From Chitinophagaceae bacterium (GTDB lineage: Bacteria > Bacteroidota > Bacteroidia > Chitinophagales > UBA10324), in assembly GCA_947474435.1 (NCBI GenBank), contig CANJII010000017.1, positions 2,580 to 66,579 of the forward strand: DNA of 64,000 nucleotides, read 5' to 3'. This document shows, one piece after another, positions 30,761-39,640 of this stretch (the stretch's first letter is position 1; every line of letters begins with the position of its first letter). The position numbers and the translations under genes were made by a program. Under the pieces are notes generated by a model, which saw nothing but the letters and a program-made list of their open reading frames with translations, did not search any database and was not told the origin of the DNA.

Positions 30761-30793
30761 GAAGTCTCGGTTTGTAAATCAAATCGGGACTTC
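30761..30793 (+). terminator. possible weak terminator hairpin after the small lipoprotein ORF
   Basis: GAAGTCTCG-15 nt-CGGGACTTC (9 bp, one G-U), then TTCATTT, a poor U-tract. Confidence 0.3.
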
Positions 30794-30838
30794 TTCATTT
30801 AATTTTACTACACATTTATTTCAGATAAAAATTTACAA

Positions 30839-31402
30839 ATGCAATTTGATTTCAGAGCCATCGCAACCATCACAATGGTTTTGTTTGCAGTAATTGATGT
30901 GATTGGGTCGCTTCCCATCATTGTTGATTTAAGGAGCAAGGTCGGCGAGATTCATCCATTGCGCATTACCATTGTTTCGGGGTCAATCATGATTGTTTTT
31001 TTATTCCTAGGAAATTCGATTTTGGATTTAATTGGAATTGACATTGAATCATTCGCTATTGCAGGTTCATTTATACTTTTCATTCTTGCTTTCGAAATGA
31101 TTTTAGGATGGAAATTCAGTAAAGATGAATCGCCAAAAACTGCTTCGATTGTTCCAATTGCTTTTCCGTTAATTGCAGGAGCAGGAACACTAACAACTTT
31201 ACTTTCTCTCCGTGCTGAATACAAACATGTTGAAAATATTATTGTTGCTATTCTTATTAATCTGTTTTTTGTTTATGTGGTTCTTCGTAATGTTTATCGA
31301 TTGGAGAAAATCCTGGGACCAAGTGGGATTTCAATTTTAAGAAAAGTATTCGGTGTTATTTTATTGGCGCTCGCAGTTAAATTATTTAAGACGAATACCT
31401 GA
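30839..31402 (+). CDS. MarC family (UPF0056) integral membrane protein
   Basis: Six hydrophobic segments, N-terminal FAVIDVIGSLPIIVDL motif, ~187 aa. Confidence 0.75.
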   Translation: MQFDFRAIATITMVLFAVIDVIGSLPIIVDLRSKVGEIHPLRITIVSGSIMIVFLFLGNSILDLIGIDIESFAIAGSFILFILAFEMILGWKFSKDESPKTASIVPIAFPLIAGAGTLTTLLSLRAEYKHVENIIVAILINLFFVYVVLRNVYRLEKILGPSGISILRKVFGVILLALAVKLFKTNT

Positions 31403-31566
31403 TTTTTAGTTAAGCAAGCAAGGGTTTTGCCTTTAAAAAAATAAAGGAACTTTTGAAATATTGAATCGTATGACTTCTGCGATTCAGAATCTTAAACACC
31501 TTGCGCATGAGAAGAATTCGACTCCTCTTTCTAATAAAAACAAGACAATCACTCCGCCAAAGAACA

Positions 31567-33159
31567 ATGCGGGCGTTAATGGTTGGAACTTTCTGCCTTG
31601 CATTAATTGCAGGAATGGTCGTTTTTGTTTTTCAATTTTCCCGCTCACCGAACACCATTGCTTCCGGTAACGATGTAACTTTCAGATCTTATCAGGGATT
31701 AACTTTTCAAAAATTAGTCAGAACTCAGGATGGAAACATGGTGGTGTCTGATGGGAAAAATTTTATAAAATCTGATTCAGCCGGAAATATTATTTGGGCG
31801 AGAGGAATAGCACAAACAACTAATTTAATTATTTCAGGACTTTGCGAAACTTCAAATGGTGATATCGTTGCTGCTTGTCAGTCAACCGATACAACAGGAG
31901 GTGTGGCGCAAATTGCATTGATAAGAATGTCGGCTGATGGTTCGTTGGAATGGTTTAAGTTTTTGCATAAACAAGGTTCTGATTTTATTTATGGGTTAGC
32001 TGCTGACAATGACAACGGAGTAATATTAACAGGTGGTGGTTGCTCAACCAATCATTTAATATTGAAGGCCGATGCACAAGGAAATTTGTTGTGGATGAAA
32101 GATTATTCACTCAATGGTTCAACCGGTTCAGCCAATAAAATTATTGTGAATACTGATGGAAGCATGTTTGTTTCAGGGAGATTGAATGATGGAAGTTCAA
32201 ATTGTATTTCGTTATTCATGACTGACGCAAGCGGGAATATTCAGTGGGGAAAAAAATTCTCAGACCAACAACAACCGGTGATTAAAACATTTATAAAAAC
32301 ATCAGATAATAGTTTGATTATAGGAGGTACTTACATTGGAGGTGCTACTGCATCCAATAACCCGTTTTTATTAAAAACAGATTTGAACGGAAATCTTTTA
32401 TGGTTTAAAAGATATGGCACCAATGGAATTGAATCTATCAATGACATGGCGCCAACCAGTGATGGTGGTGCAATAGTTACCGGAAATATTTATCTGAATC
32501 AGGATGAAAATGTTAATGCATTGTTGTTTAGGGTTGATGCGAATGGTACATTGGTTTGGCAAAAGTCAACTGGCAATAATGAATTCAATGGTGCCGGTTA
32601 TGATGATGCATACGATATCTGCCACCTAACAGAACACACTTATGCAGTAACCGGAATGGCTTACTGGGCTTACCTCTGCACGATAGATGAAAACGGAAAT
32701 GGATTTTGTCATGAATCACCGGTGTCGTTAACTGTATCCACTGTTTCATCACAAACAATAAATACATCCTATACTTCTATGGTTTCAAATATGTTTGATG
32801 TTACAAATGGAATCGCAGCTTCATCCAATGTTTTTATCGGCACACCTCACACTTGTTCTTCGGTAAATGCAACAGGAATTGGTGATCAACCGGAAACGAA
32901 TTCTGGAAATTCTGAAATCAGTTTATTTCCAAATCCAAGCGATGGAAATTTCAACATCAATTATTTTTTTCCATATGAAGGAAGTGGCTGGCTGGAGTTA
33001 TATGATTTGGGCGGAAAGAAAATTTCGGCAATAGAGCTGCCTTCTTACAACCGTTCAGTTTCATTGCATTATTCTGATTTGCCTAGTGGTGTTTATCTGT
33101 ACCAGGTAATTGCTGGAGGGAAAATATTTAAGCGAGAAAAATTTGTGATTTCAAAATAA
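31567..33159 (+). CDS. secreted beta-propeller-like repeat protein with a T9SS type-A C-terminal domain
   Basis: About 7 repeats of ~45-50 aa of the form T.DG..IV.G......L.K.D..GN.LW.K.Y. C-terminal LFPNPSDGNFNINYFF...GVYLYQVIAGGKIFKREKFVISK. Start chosen at the ATG at 31567 (MRALMVGTFCLALIAGMVVFVF); an ATG at 31507 is also possible. Confidence 0.75.
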   Translation: MRALMVGTFCLALIAGMVVFVFQFSRSPNTIASGNDVTFRSYQGLTFQKLVRTQDGNMVVSDGKNFIKSDSAGNIIWARGIAQTTNLIISGLCETSNGDIVAACQSTDTTGGVAQIALIRMSADGSLEWFKFLHKQGSDFIYGLAADNDNGVILTGGGCSTNHLILKADAQGNLLWMKDYSLNGSTGSANKIIVNTDGSMFVSGRLNDGSSNCISLFMTDASGNIQWGKKFSDQQQPVIKTFIKTSDNSLIIGGTYIGGATASNNPFLLKTDLNGNLLWFKRYGTNGIESINDMAPTSDGGAIVTGNIYLNQDENVNALLFRVDANGTLVWQKSTGNNEFNGAGYDDAYDICHLTEHTYAVTGMAYWAYLCTIDENGNGFCHESPVSLTVSTVSSQTINTSYTSMVSNMFDVTNGIAASSNVFIGTPHTCSSVNATGIGDQPETNSGNSEISLFPNPSDGNFNINYFFPYEGSGWLELYDLGGKKISAIELPSYNRSVSLHYSDLPSGVYLYQVIAGGKIFKREKFVISK

Positions 33160-33181
33160 ATTTAATCTAACCTGAATAATC

Positions 33182-33216
33182 AAAGTCATTTTCAGAAATG
33201 AAAGTGACTTTTTTTA
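33182..33216 (+). terminator. rho-independent terminator
   Basis: AAAGTCATTTTCA-gaaa-TGAAAGTGACTTT (13 bp, one G-U) running into TTTTTTT. Confidence 0.75.
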
Positions 33217-33235
33217 TTTTTATAATTATCTGAAA

Positions 33236-33694
33236 TTATTTTCCTGACTGATAACCTGTATCAATTTGTAATTCATATCCGTCAGCTGCCTCAGTTGCCA
33301 ATACATCGCATCGTTCGTTTTCAGGATGCTCATTGTGACCTTTTATCCAATGAAATTTTACTTTGTGTTTTGCATAGATAGTTAAAAACCGTTTCCATAA
33401 ATCAGGGTTTTTCTTTCCGGCAAATCCTTTTTTAACCCAACCGAAAACCCATTTTTTTTCAATTGATTCAACCACATATTTTGAATCTGAATAAATATCA
33501 ATAACACAATCAGCATTTTTTATTGCTTCCAATCCAATTATCACAGCCATTAATTCCATTCTGTTATTAGTTGTTAAACGGAAACCTTGCGATAATTCTT
33601 TTCGATGATTACCTGAAATCATAATGACTCCGTAACCACCTGGCCCCGGATTGCCTCTGGAAGAACCATCGGTAAAAATTTTTATGTGATGCAT
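33236..33694 (-). CDS. rnhA: ribonuclease HI
   Basis: IFTDGSSRGNPGPGGYGVI, NNRMELMAVI, SDSKYV and HNEHPENERCDVLA are the classic RNase H catalytic DEDD context. Confidence 0.9.
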   Translation of the reverse strand: MHHIKIFTDGSSRGNPGPGGYGVIMISGNHRKELSQGFRLTTNNRMELMAVIIGLEAIKNADCVIDIYSDSKYVVESIEKKWVFGWVKKGFAGKKNPDLWKRFLTIYAKHKVKFHWIKGHNEHPENERCDVLATEAADGYELQIDTGYQSGK

Positions 33695-33793
33695 TTAGCT
33701 GTTTAAAAAAGTAAATATGAAAAATATTAAAGCAATCAACTGAATAAATAAATTATTCTGCAATTTGCATTCGCAAATTTTTAAATTCAAACG

Positions 33794-34573
33794 ATGCACA
33801 TTTCACTGCAAACTAAAAGCACTAAAGTTTTCATGGTGCTCAGTTCATTCTTTGTTGCCAACGCTTTGATTGCCGAATGCATCGGAGTAAAAATATTTTC
33901 TCTTGAAAAAACTTTGGGGCTGAATCAACTCAATGCTTCAATTTTTGGCGAACATGGAATTTCATTCAATCTTACTTGCGGAGTTTTATTGTGGCCCCTG
34001 GAATTTATTATGACAGATATTATCAATGAATATTTCGGCCCGAAAGGAGTGAGGAGGGTTTCCTATATCGCTGTCAGTTTAATTTTGTATGCATTCATTA
34101 TGTTTTATTTCGCCATGCAGCTTTCGCCTGCTGATTTCTGGACCGGTGTTAATGCAGGTAAAGGTGTTCCGGATATGACTGCTGCCTTCAATTCAATATT
34201 CGGACAAGGGATGTGGATTATTTTCGGTTCGCTTACTGCATTTTTAGTTAGTCAGGTGGTTGATGTAACTGTTTTTCATTGGGTAAAAAGAAAAACAGGA
34301 GAAAAGAAAATGTGGCTTCGTGCAACAGGCAGCACTTTAGTTTCACAACTTGTTGATAGCTTTATTGTACTCTTCATTGCGTTTTATGTCGGGCAGGGTT
34401 GGAGCATGAGTTTAGTGTTAGCAATTTGTTTATTCAATTACACTTACAAGTTTTTTGCTGCTATTGTGTTAACTCCGGTTATGTACCTCGTTCATAATTT
34501 TATTGATAATTACCTGGGTGCTGAGTTGGCAAATGAAATGAAACTTGCCGCAATGAAACGAACGAATGAGTAA
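33794..34573 (+). CDS. queuosine-precursor transporter family protein (YhhQ / DUF165-like)
   Basis: Multi-TM protein with TDIINEYFG, VSQVVDVTVFHWVK, WLRATGSTLVSQLVDSFIVLFIAFY. It aligns by eye with E. coli YhhQ. Confidence 0.75.
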   Translation: MHISLQTKSTKVFMVLSSFFVANALIAECIGVKIFSLEKTLGLNQLNASIFGEHGISFNLTCGVLLWPLEFIMTDIINEYFGPKGVRRVSYIAVSLILYAFIMFYFAMQLSPADFWTGVNAGKGVPDMTAAFNSIFGQGMWIIFGSLTAFLVSQVVDVTVFHWVKRKTGEKKMWLRATGSTLVSQLVDSFIVLFIAFYVGQGWSMSLVLAICLFNYTYKFFAAIVLTPVMYLVHNFIDNYLGAELANEMKLAAMKRTNE

Positions 34574-34629
34574 TTGATTTGTGAATATCTATTCATCTTT
34601 ATTTTTTGAATGCTGATAATTGTCAAGAG

Positions 34630-34815
34630 TTTGCCGATTACATTCGCACCCGTTGTGGTTTCCTGAATGAAGTAAGGAATGAAAAAGGGAATGAGGTGAA
34701 ATGCCTCAACAGTCTCCGCTGCTGTAAGTCTTGAAATTGCAAATCAATAATGCCACTGAATAAAACCGGGAAGGCGGTTTGCAAAACAGATGAGTCAGAA
34801 GACCTGCCAAAACAA
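34630..34815 (+). promoter_or_regulatory. cobalamin (B12) riboswitch
   Basis: Ordered conserved blocks: GGTTTCC, AAAAAGGGAA, GGTGAAATGCC, CAGTCTCCGCTGCTGTAAG, GCCACTG, CCGGGAAGGC, and the B12 box GAGTCAGAAGACCTGCC (34792-34808, matching rAGYCMGgAgaCCkGCc). It lies in the 5' leader of the 34961 gene. The outer boundaries are approximate. Confidence 0.85.
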
Positions 34816-34960
34816 AATTGAATGTTGGTTTTAACACCCGCAAAAAAGCTTTCGGAAGAAAAGCTGCTCAAAAGTCAGTGGAAATTTATTTCTCTGATGA
34901 CTGTTGCAACTATTTTTCCAACAACAGAAAAAAATAAATAAAACATAAATCAATACAAAT

Positions 34961-36256
34961 ATGAAAAAAAACTTAGTACTTGCAACCATCCTTTTTTGCA
35001 GTGTTATTGCCAATGCTCAGCAAACACTTAATCAGGTTATCGTTTTAAACGAAGGCCGGTATGATTACATTCTTCAACAAATAGATAAACCTGTGACCGT
35101 CGGAGCTTATAATCCGCAAACAAATGTGTATTCGGTTTTTGATACAATTGACAATGCCCGCTTTGCATCGGATGTAGTGGTTGATGATGCAAATATTTAT
35201 GTGTCGGCAGATAATACTTTGCTCAAGTATGATTTGAATACACATCAATTGCTTTCAACTCAAACGGTAAATGGCATTCGTAAACTGGCTTTGTGGAACG
35301 ATAAAATTTTATTGACTCGTGGAGAATATTTAACTACCTACGATTCTTACTTTCAGGTTTATAATAAATCTGATTTGAGTTTTGTTTATCAGTTAGATAC
35401 TTTGAATGGACCACATTATGCATCGGATGGAATTGTGATAAAAAATAACATTGCCTACATAGCCATTAACAATGGTTTCGTATGGGGTGGCGCTGTTGGA
35501 ATTGTTGGCCGGGTTGATTTAACTAACCAGAATTACATGCCTGAAATTTCTTTAGGAGCTGATGGAATAAATCCTGAAAATATTTTGAACGACAACAACA
35601 AAGTTTACACAGTGAACAACCGTGATTATTCTTTTGCGTCAATAAGCAGCATTGACCTTTCAAATTCAAATGTGGTGACTACTAATCTGAATAATGCAGG
35701 AGGTTGTCAGGGTTCTGCTTTTATCAATTCAAAAATTGCTTACCAGACTTATAACGAAAATTTTATTGGGCGATTTGATGTGAATGCACAAAGCATTAGC
35801 GATTCTCTTTTTATCAATCGTTCCATTTATGCTATGGCAACTGATGAGCTGAATCAAAATTTATATGCTTCCGAAACAGATTTCAGTTCGTATGGGTTGG
35901 TGTTGATTTATAATGAGAATGGAAATTTATTGAATGCATTTGTTGCCGGAGTTACTCCCGGAAAATTTGCCTTTGATTATCGCAATGCAAGTGGAATTAG
36001 CAATGCAACAATTAATTCACAAGTATTGGTTTTTCCAAATCCATCAACAGATCAATTAACCATTGCCTGTACAAATGCTGATGAAAAATCCACTATCACA
36101 ATTACTTCTATAGATGGAAAAATTCTTTACCAAAATAATGTGAGTGGAAAAAACTTTGTTCATCACATTGATATTTCAAAATATGCAGCAGGAACTTACC
36201 TGCTTTCTCTTCAATCGGAAAATAAAACTTCAGTACAGAAGGTTGTTAAATATTAA
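34961..36256 (+). CDS. secreted YncE/DUF5074-like beta-propeller protein with a T9SS type-A C-terminal domain, B12-riboswitch controlled
   Basis: Signal peptide MKKNLVLATILFCSVIANAQ. N-terminal VIVLNEGRYDY motif and strand-rich repeats. C-terminal VLVFPNPSTDQLTIACTN...AGTYLLSLQSENKTSVQKVVKY. Confidence 0.8.
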   Translation: MKKNLVLATILFCSVIANAQQTLNQVIVLNEGRYDYILQQIDKPVTVGAYNPQTNVYSVFDTIDNARFASDVVVDDANIYVSADNTLLKYDLNTHQLLSTQTVNGIRKLALWNDKILLTRGEYLTTYDSYFQVYNKSDLSFVYQLDTLNGPHYASDGIVIKNNIAYIAINNGFVWGGAVGIVGRVDLTNQNYMPEISLGADGINPENILNDNNKVYTVNNRDYSFASISSIDLSNSNVVTTNLNNAGGCQGSAFINSKIAYQTYNENFIGRFDVNAQSISDSLFINRSIYAMATDELNQNLYASETDFSSYGLVLIYNENGNLLNAFVAGVTPGKFAFDYRNASGISNATINSQVLVFPNPSTDQLTIACTNADEKSTITITSIDGKILYQNNVSGKNFVHHIDISKYAAGTYLLSLQSENKTSVQKVVKY

Positions 36257-36273
36257 TTGATACTACACTTATT

Positions 36274-36310
36274 AAAATGCCGCTTCAAAAATTTTGAAGC
36301 GGCATTTTTT
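36274..36310. terminator. bidirectional rho-independent terminator between convergent genes
   Basis: Perfect palindrome AAAATGCCGCTTCAAAA-a-TTTTGAAGCGGCATTTT with a T-run on both strands. Confidence 0.85.
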
Positions 36311-36336
36311 ATTTTATAAAATCTATTTAAAGAGAA

Positions 36337-37242
36337 TTAAATTTTTTCAAACACCAATCTATAGTGATCCATAATTTCCTGTTCAAAACAAACACGGTTC
36401 GGACTCACTCTGAAAACTGCAACCTGATGACGGAATTCTTTATTAAAAATATATTTCGGAACCAACGACATGTACAGAAAATATTTTTTCAGATTGAACT
36501 GACGGAATTTTTTTCTCCATTGTCCGATTGTTTCAATGTAATCCAATCGTCCACTGCTTTTTGAAATCAGTTTGAAATGCGGCTCTGCATTTCTGATCAC
36601 CATCTCAGGGCCATAAGGCAACCATGAATTCGGAAATTCTTTTTCCATCAAGGCACAGATGTAAGCAGTAGAATTTTTATCAGCATTGATATCAAACTCC
36701 GAATACGGAATCATGTTTTTACTGAAGGTCATTGTCTGCATATAATAACGACCACCAACAGGTAACAAGTCGTAAATTTTCTTGAAAAAATCTTTATAAA
36801 TTTCTTCCTGCTTTCCCGCTTTCCAGTCTTCCGCTGAAACAAAATGTTCCAATCCTCCGATGCAGGTAACCGCATCAAAAGTTCCGAAATCGTTTGGTGT
36901 AATGTATCTGCAATCTTTCACCATCACATTCAAACCATTTGCATTGCATGCATCCGCCTGACCTTGTGATAATGTTAAGCCAAGGCTTTTTGCACCACGG
37001 TCTTTAGTAATGTAATTAGAAAATGGTCCCCAGCCGCAAGCCATGTCAAGCACCTTGCTTCCATTGGAAATATTTAAACTGTCGGCAATGAATTTATGTT
37101 TTGCTTTTTGCGCTGCTTCCAGTGTCATGGAAAAATCGCCATCGTATTTTGCACCTGAGTAATCACCGGTTTCGCCCATGCTCAAGCGAAATATTTTATC
37201 AATGGTGGTATAGGTAAAATCTAAGTCTTTGTTGTCAGCCAT
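36337..37242 (-). CDS. SAM-dependent methyltransferase (cyclopropane-fatty-acyl-phospholipid synthase-like family)
   Basis: SAM motif I VLDMACGWGPF, then IGGLEHF. The ~300-aa CMAS-like layout includes a C-terminal FRVSPNRVCF...YRLVFEK region. Confidence 0.75.
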   Translation of the reverse strand: MADNKDLDFTYTTIDKIFRLSMGETGDYSGAKYDGDFSMTLEAAQKAKHKFIADSLNISNGSKVLDMACGWGPFSNYITKDRGAKSLGLTLSQGQADACNANGLNVMVKDCRYITPNDFGTFDAVTCIGGLEHFVSAEDWKAGKQEEIYKDFFKKIYDLLPVGGRYYMQTMTFSKNMIPYSEFDINADKNSTAYICALMEKEFPNSWLPYGPEMVIRNAEPHFKLISKSSGRLDYIETIGQWRKKFRQFNLKKYFLYMSLVPKYIFNKEFRHQVAVFRVSPNRVCFEQEIMDHYRLVFEKI

Positions 37243-37438
37243 TTTATTTTCGGGGGTTGGCGGCGAATGTAAAATTTAAAACCCGAAAATTGCATCAATG
37301 GAAAAAGATGGAAATATTGCAGCAACAATTATTCGTGCAAGTTTAAACAAATTACTCCCGATTGGGTTGGTTATATTTGTTGAGAGATGAAATTATGGAA
37401 CAACAACAAGAGCGAAAACTTTAAACTGACAAACTAAA

Positions 37439-37810
37439 ATGGAGAATACAGACTTGCTGAATTGCATTAAAATAATTGGCGACTTTCCAACCATCTATCG
37501 GACAGAGAATCAAACTCCACTTGGAGTTATGATGCAAAGCGGATATTCAAACCTATTTTCTTTGGTGACAATTGAAAACATTTCTGATTACCTAATACAA
37601 AAACCAAAACTTATTGAAGATTGGATTAACTATTCAGAAGATATTCGGCACAGTCCGGCTTGGGGTTTTGGTCAAGATGGAAATGGCTCATGGACAGTAG
37701 CATATTCAGATGATGGTAAGTTTATAGATAAGTACAACTACAATGATAAATTTGTTGCCTGTGCTAAAATGGTTAAGGTGACTTTTGAAGAAATTAGAAA
37801 ACACATTTAA
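37439..37810 (+). CDS. hypothetical protein
   Basis: 123-aa ATG ORF with no signal peptide and no recognised family. It sits next to a decayed ORF in a ~1-kb stretch with little coding capacity. Confidence 0.45.
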   Translation: MENTDLLNCIKIIGDFPTIYRTENQTPLGVMMQSGYSNLFSLVTIENISDYLIQKPKLIEDWINYSEDIRHSPAWGFGQDGNGSWTVAYSDDGKFIDKYNYNDKFVACAKMVKVTFEEIRKHI

Positions 37811-37823
37811 GTTCAGAGTAAAC

Positions 37824-38117
37824 ATGAATTTCAGAACTACTATTTTATTCTCATTATTCCTCTTATTATTTTCTTGTAAGAACTAATACAATGAGATGAT
37901 TAATTGGTCAAGTAGTATTCCCAAATGGACATGCATTGATACAGTTAAACAAATTCAACCTGACTTTATTGAGATTGACTGAAAAAATCCTATAAAGAGT
38001 GACAGTGAAGCAAGATACATCAACACGAAAATTAAAAACAGTAACGACCTATTACAAATGGAAAACTATTTATCTTTCGCGGACAATAAATATCAAGGAC
38101 GATTTGCTAACAAATGA
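37824..38117 (+). pseudogene. decayed small lipoprotein gene (one frame, two internal stops)
   Basis: ATG at 37824 gives MNFRTTILFSLFLLLFSCKN, then TAA (37884-37886). The same frame continues YNEMINWSSSIPKWTCIDTVKQIQPDFIEID, then TGA (37980-37982), then KNPIKSDSEARYINTKIKNSNDLLQMENYLSFADNKYQGRFANK, then TGA (38115-38117). Confidence 0.4.
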
Positions 38118-38278
38118 AACCACAAACAAACATGACTGCAAACATTGAACGACAAAATTTCGTGACGAGAGTAGCACGAACGCATAATAAGGATTAACTC
38201 AAACAAATTCTTTTACATTAACACCAATAATAAATGGGATTAGCGAAACTTGTTTTTTTTCTAAGATTGAAAAATAAA

Positions 38279-39637
38279 TTACCTATTAAATTCCAATCTC
38301 TTCCCGAAATTATTTTCATTGAAAAGTCCGTGATGATAAACCAGATGACCATTCACAAATGTGTGAGTGATTCTGCTTTTGAATTTAAAACCTTCCAATG
38401 GCGACCAACCACATTTATAATAAATATTATCAGAATGAACTTCCCATTCTTTTTCCGGATTCACTAAAACCAAATCAGCAAAATATCCTTCGCGAATAAA
38501 TCCTCTTTCTTTTACACCAAAACAAATGGCAGGGTTATGCGCGGCTTTCTCTGCAATGTCAATCAGTCGCAATTGTTTGTTGTGCCAGAACTCCAATAAC
38601 ATATTTAACGAATGCTGAACAAGCGGTAAACCACTCGGAGCTTTAAAATAATTTATACTTCCATCGGGAGTGCGTATCATTTTTTCCTGCATGGTGTGTG
38701 GCGCATGGTCTGTTGCAAGAACATCAATGAAACCATCTTTCAATGCCTGCAATAATTTTGGTTTATGCTCCGGGCCCTTGATGGCAGGATTACATTTTAT
38801 CAATGTACCAAGGGTTGCATAATCATTACTATCGAACCACAGGTGATGAACACAAACTTCAGCAGTAATTCTTTTTTCCGCTAATGGAGTTATGTTTTCC
38901 AGCAATGCAATTTCATCCAGAGTTGAAAGATGAAAAATGTGTAAACGGCTGTTGTGTTTTTTAGCTAATTCAACGGCATACTTCGATGAATCATAACAGG
39001 CTTTCTCATCGCGGATAATTGGATGAAAGCGCATTGGAATGGCATCGCCATAATGCATGCGAAGCGGAATGGTGTTTTCTTTTATTCGCAAATCATCTTC
39101 GCAATGTGTGGCAATCAGAGTAGGAGAGTGCTTGAAAATATTTTCCAATGAATTGGGATTATCAACCACTAAATCTCCGGTTGATGAACCCATGAATATT
39201 TTTATTCCACAAACTTTTGATGGGTCAGTTTTTTTTATTTCCTCTAAATTGGAATTGGAAGTTCCGAGATAAAAAGAATAATTTGCCAGTGAATGAGTAC
39301 TTGCAATTTCATATTTCTGCTCTAACAATTCATGAGTGGTTGCCGGAGGAATGGTGTTCGGCATTTCCATAAATGAAGTTACACCACCTGCCACTGCAGC
39401 TTTTGCTTCAGTATAAATGTTTGCTTTTTGTGTCATTCCCGGTTCACGGAAATGAACCTGGTCGTCAATCAATCCGGGAAATAAATAATTTCCTTCCGCA
39501 TCAATTTCACGATGTAATGATTTGATGGAAATGTTTTCATCGATCTTTTCAATTCGTTCGCCATTAATTAAAAGGTCCTGCGTTTTTATTTCTCCTTCAT
39601 TAACAATCTGCGCATTGCGGATAATGGTGTAGCTCAT
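38279..39637 (-). CDS. pyrC: dihydroorotase (cyclic amidohydrolase family)
   Basis: GLIDDQVHFREPG (HxH metal site), ATDHAPH, 452 aa. Class-I dihydroorotase/allantoinase-like; exact substrate not provable from sequence. Confidence 0.78.
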   Translation of the reverse strand: MSYTIIRNAQIVNEGEIKTQDLLINGERIEKIDENISIKSLHREIDAEGNYLFPGLIDDQVHFREPGMTQKANIYTEAKAAVAGGVTSFMEMPNTIPPATTHELLEQKYEIASTHSLANYSFYLGTSNSNLEEIKKTDPSKVCGIKIFMGSSTGDLVVDNPNSLENIFKHSPTLIATHCEDDLRIKENTIPLRMHYGDAIPMRFHPIIRDEKACYDSSKYAVELAKKHNSRLHIFHLSTLDEIALLENITPLAEKRITAEVCVHHLWFDSNDYATLGTLIKCNPAIKGPEHKPKLLQALKDGFIDVLATDHAPHTMQEKMIRTPDGSINYFKAPSGLPLVQHSLNMLLEFWHNKQLRLIDIAEKAAHNPAICFGVKERGFIREGYFADLVLVNPEKEWEVHSDNIYYKCGWSPLEGFKFKSRITHTFVNGHLVYHHGLFNENNFGKRLEFNR

Positions 39638-39640
39638 AAT

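Noticed and set aside
33700-33793. Expected a preQ1 riboswitch upstream of the YhhQ-like transporter. Found the palindrome AATTTGC-attc-GCAAATT at 33762-33779.
   Set aside because: A 7-bp stem with a 4-nt loop leaves no room for a preQ1-I/II binding pocket, and the characteristic loop and A-rich tail pairing is absent. It may be an operator or just AT-rich symmetry.
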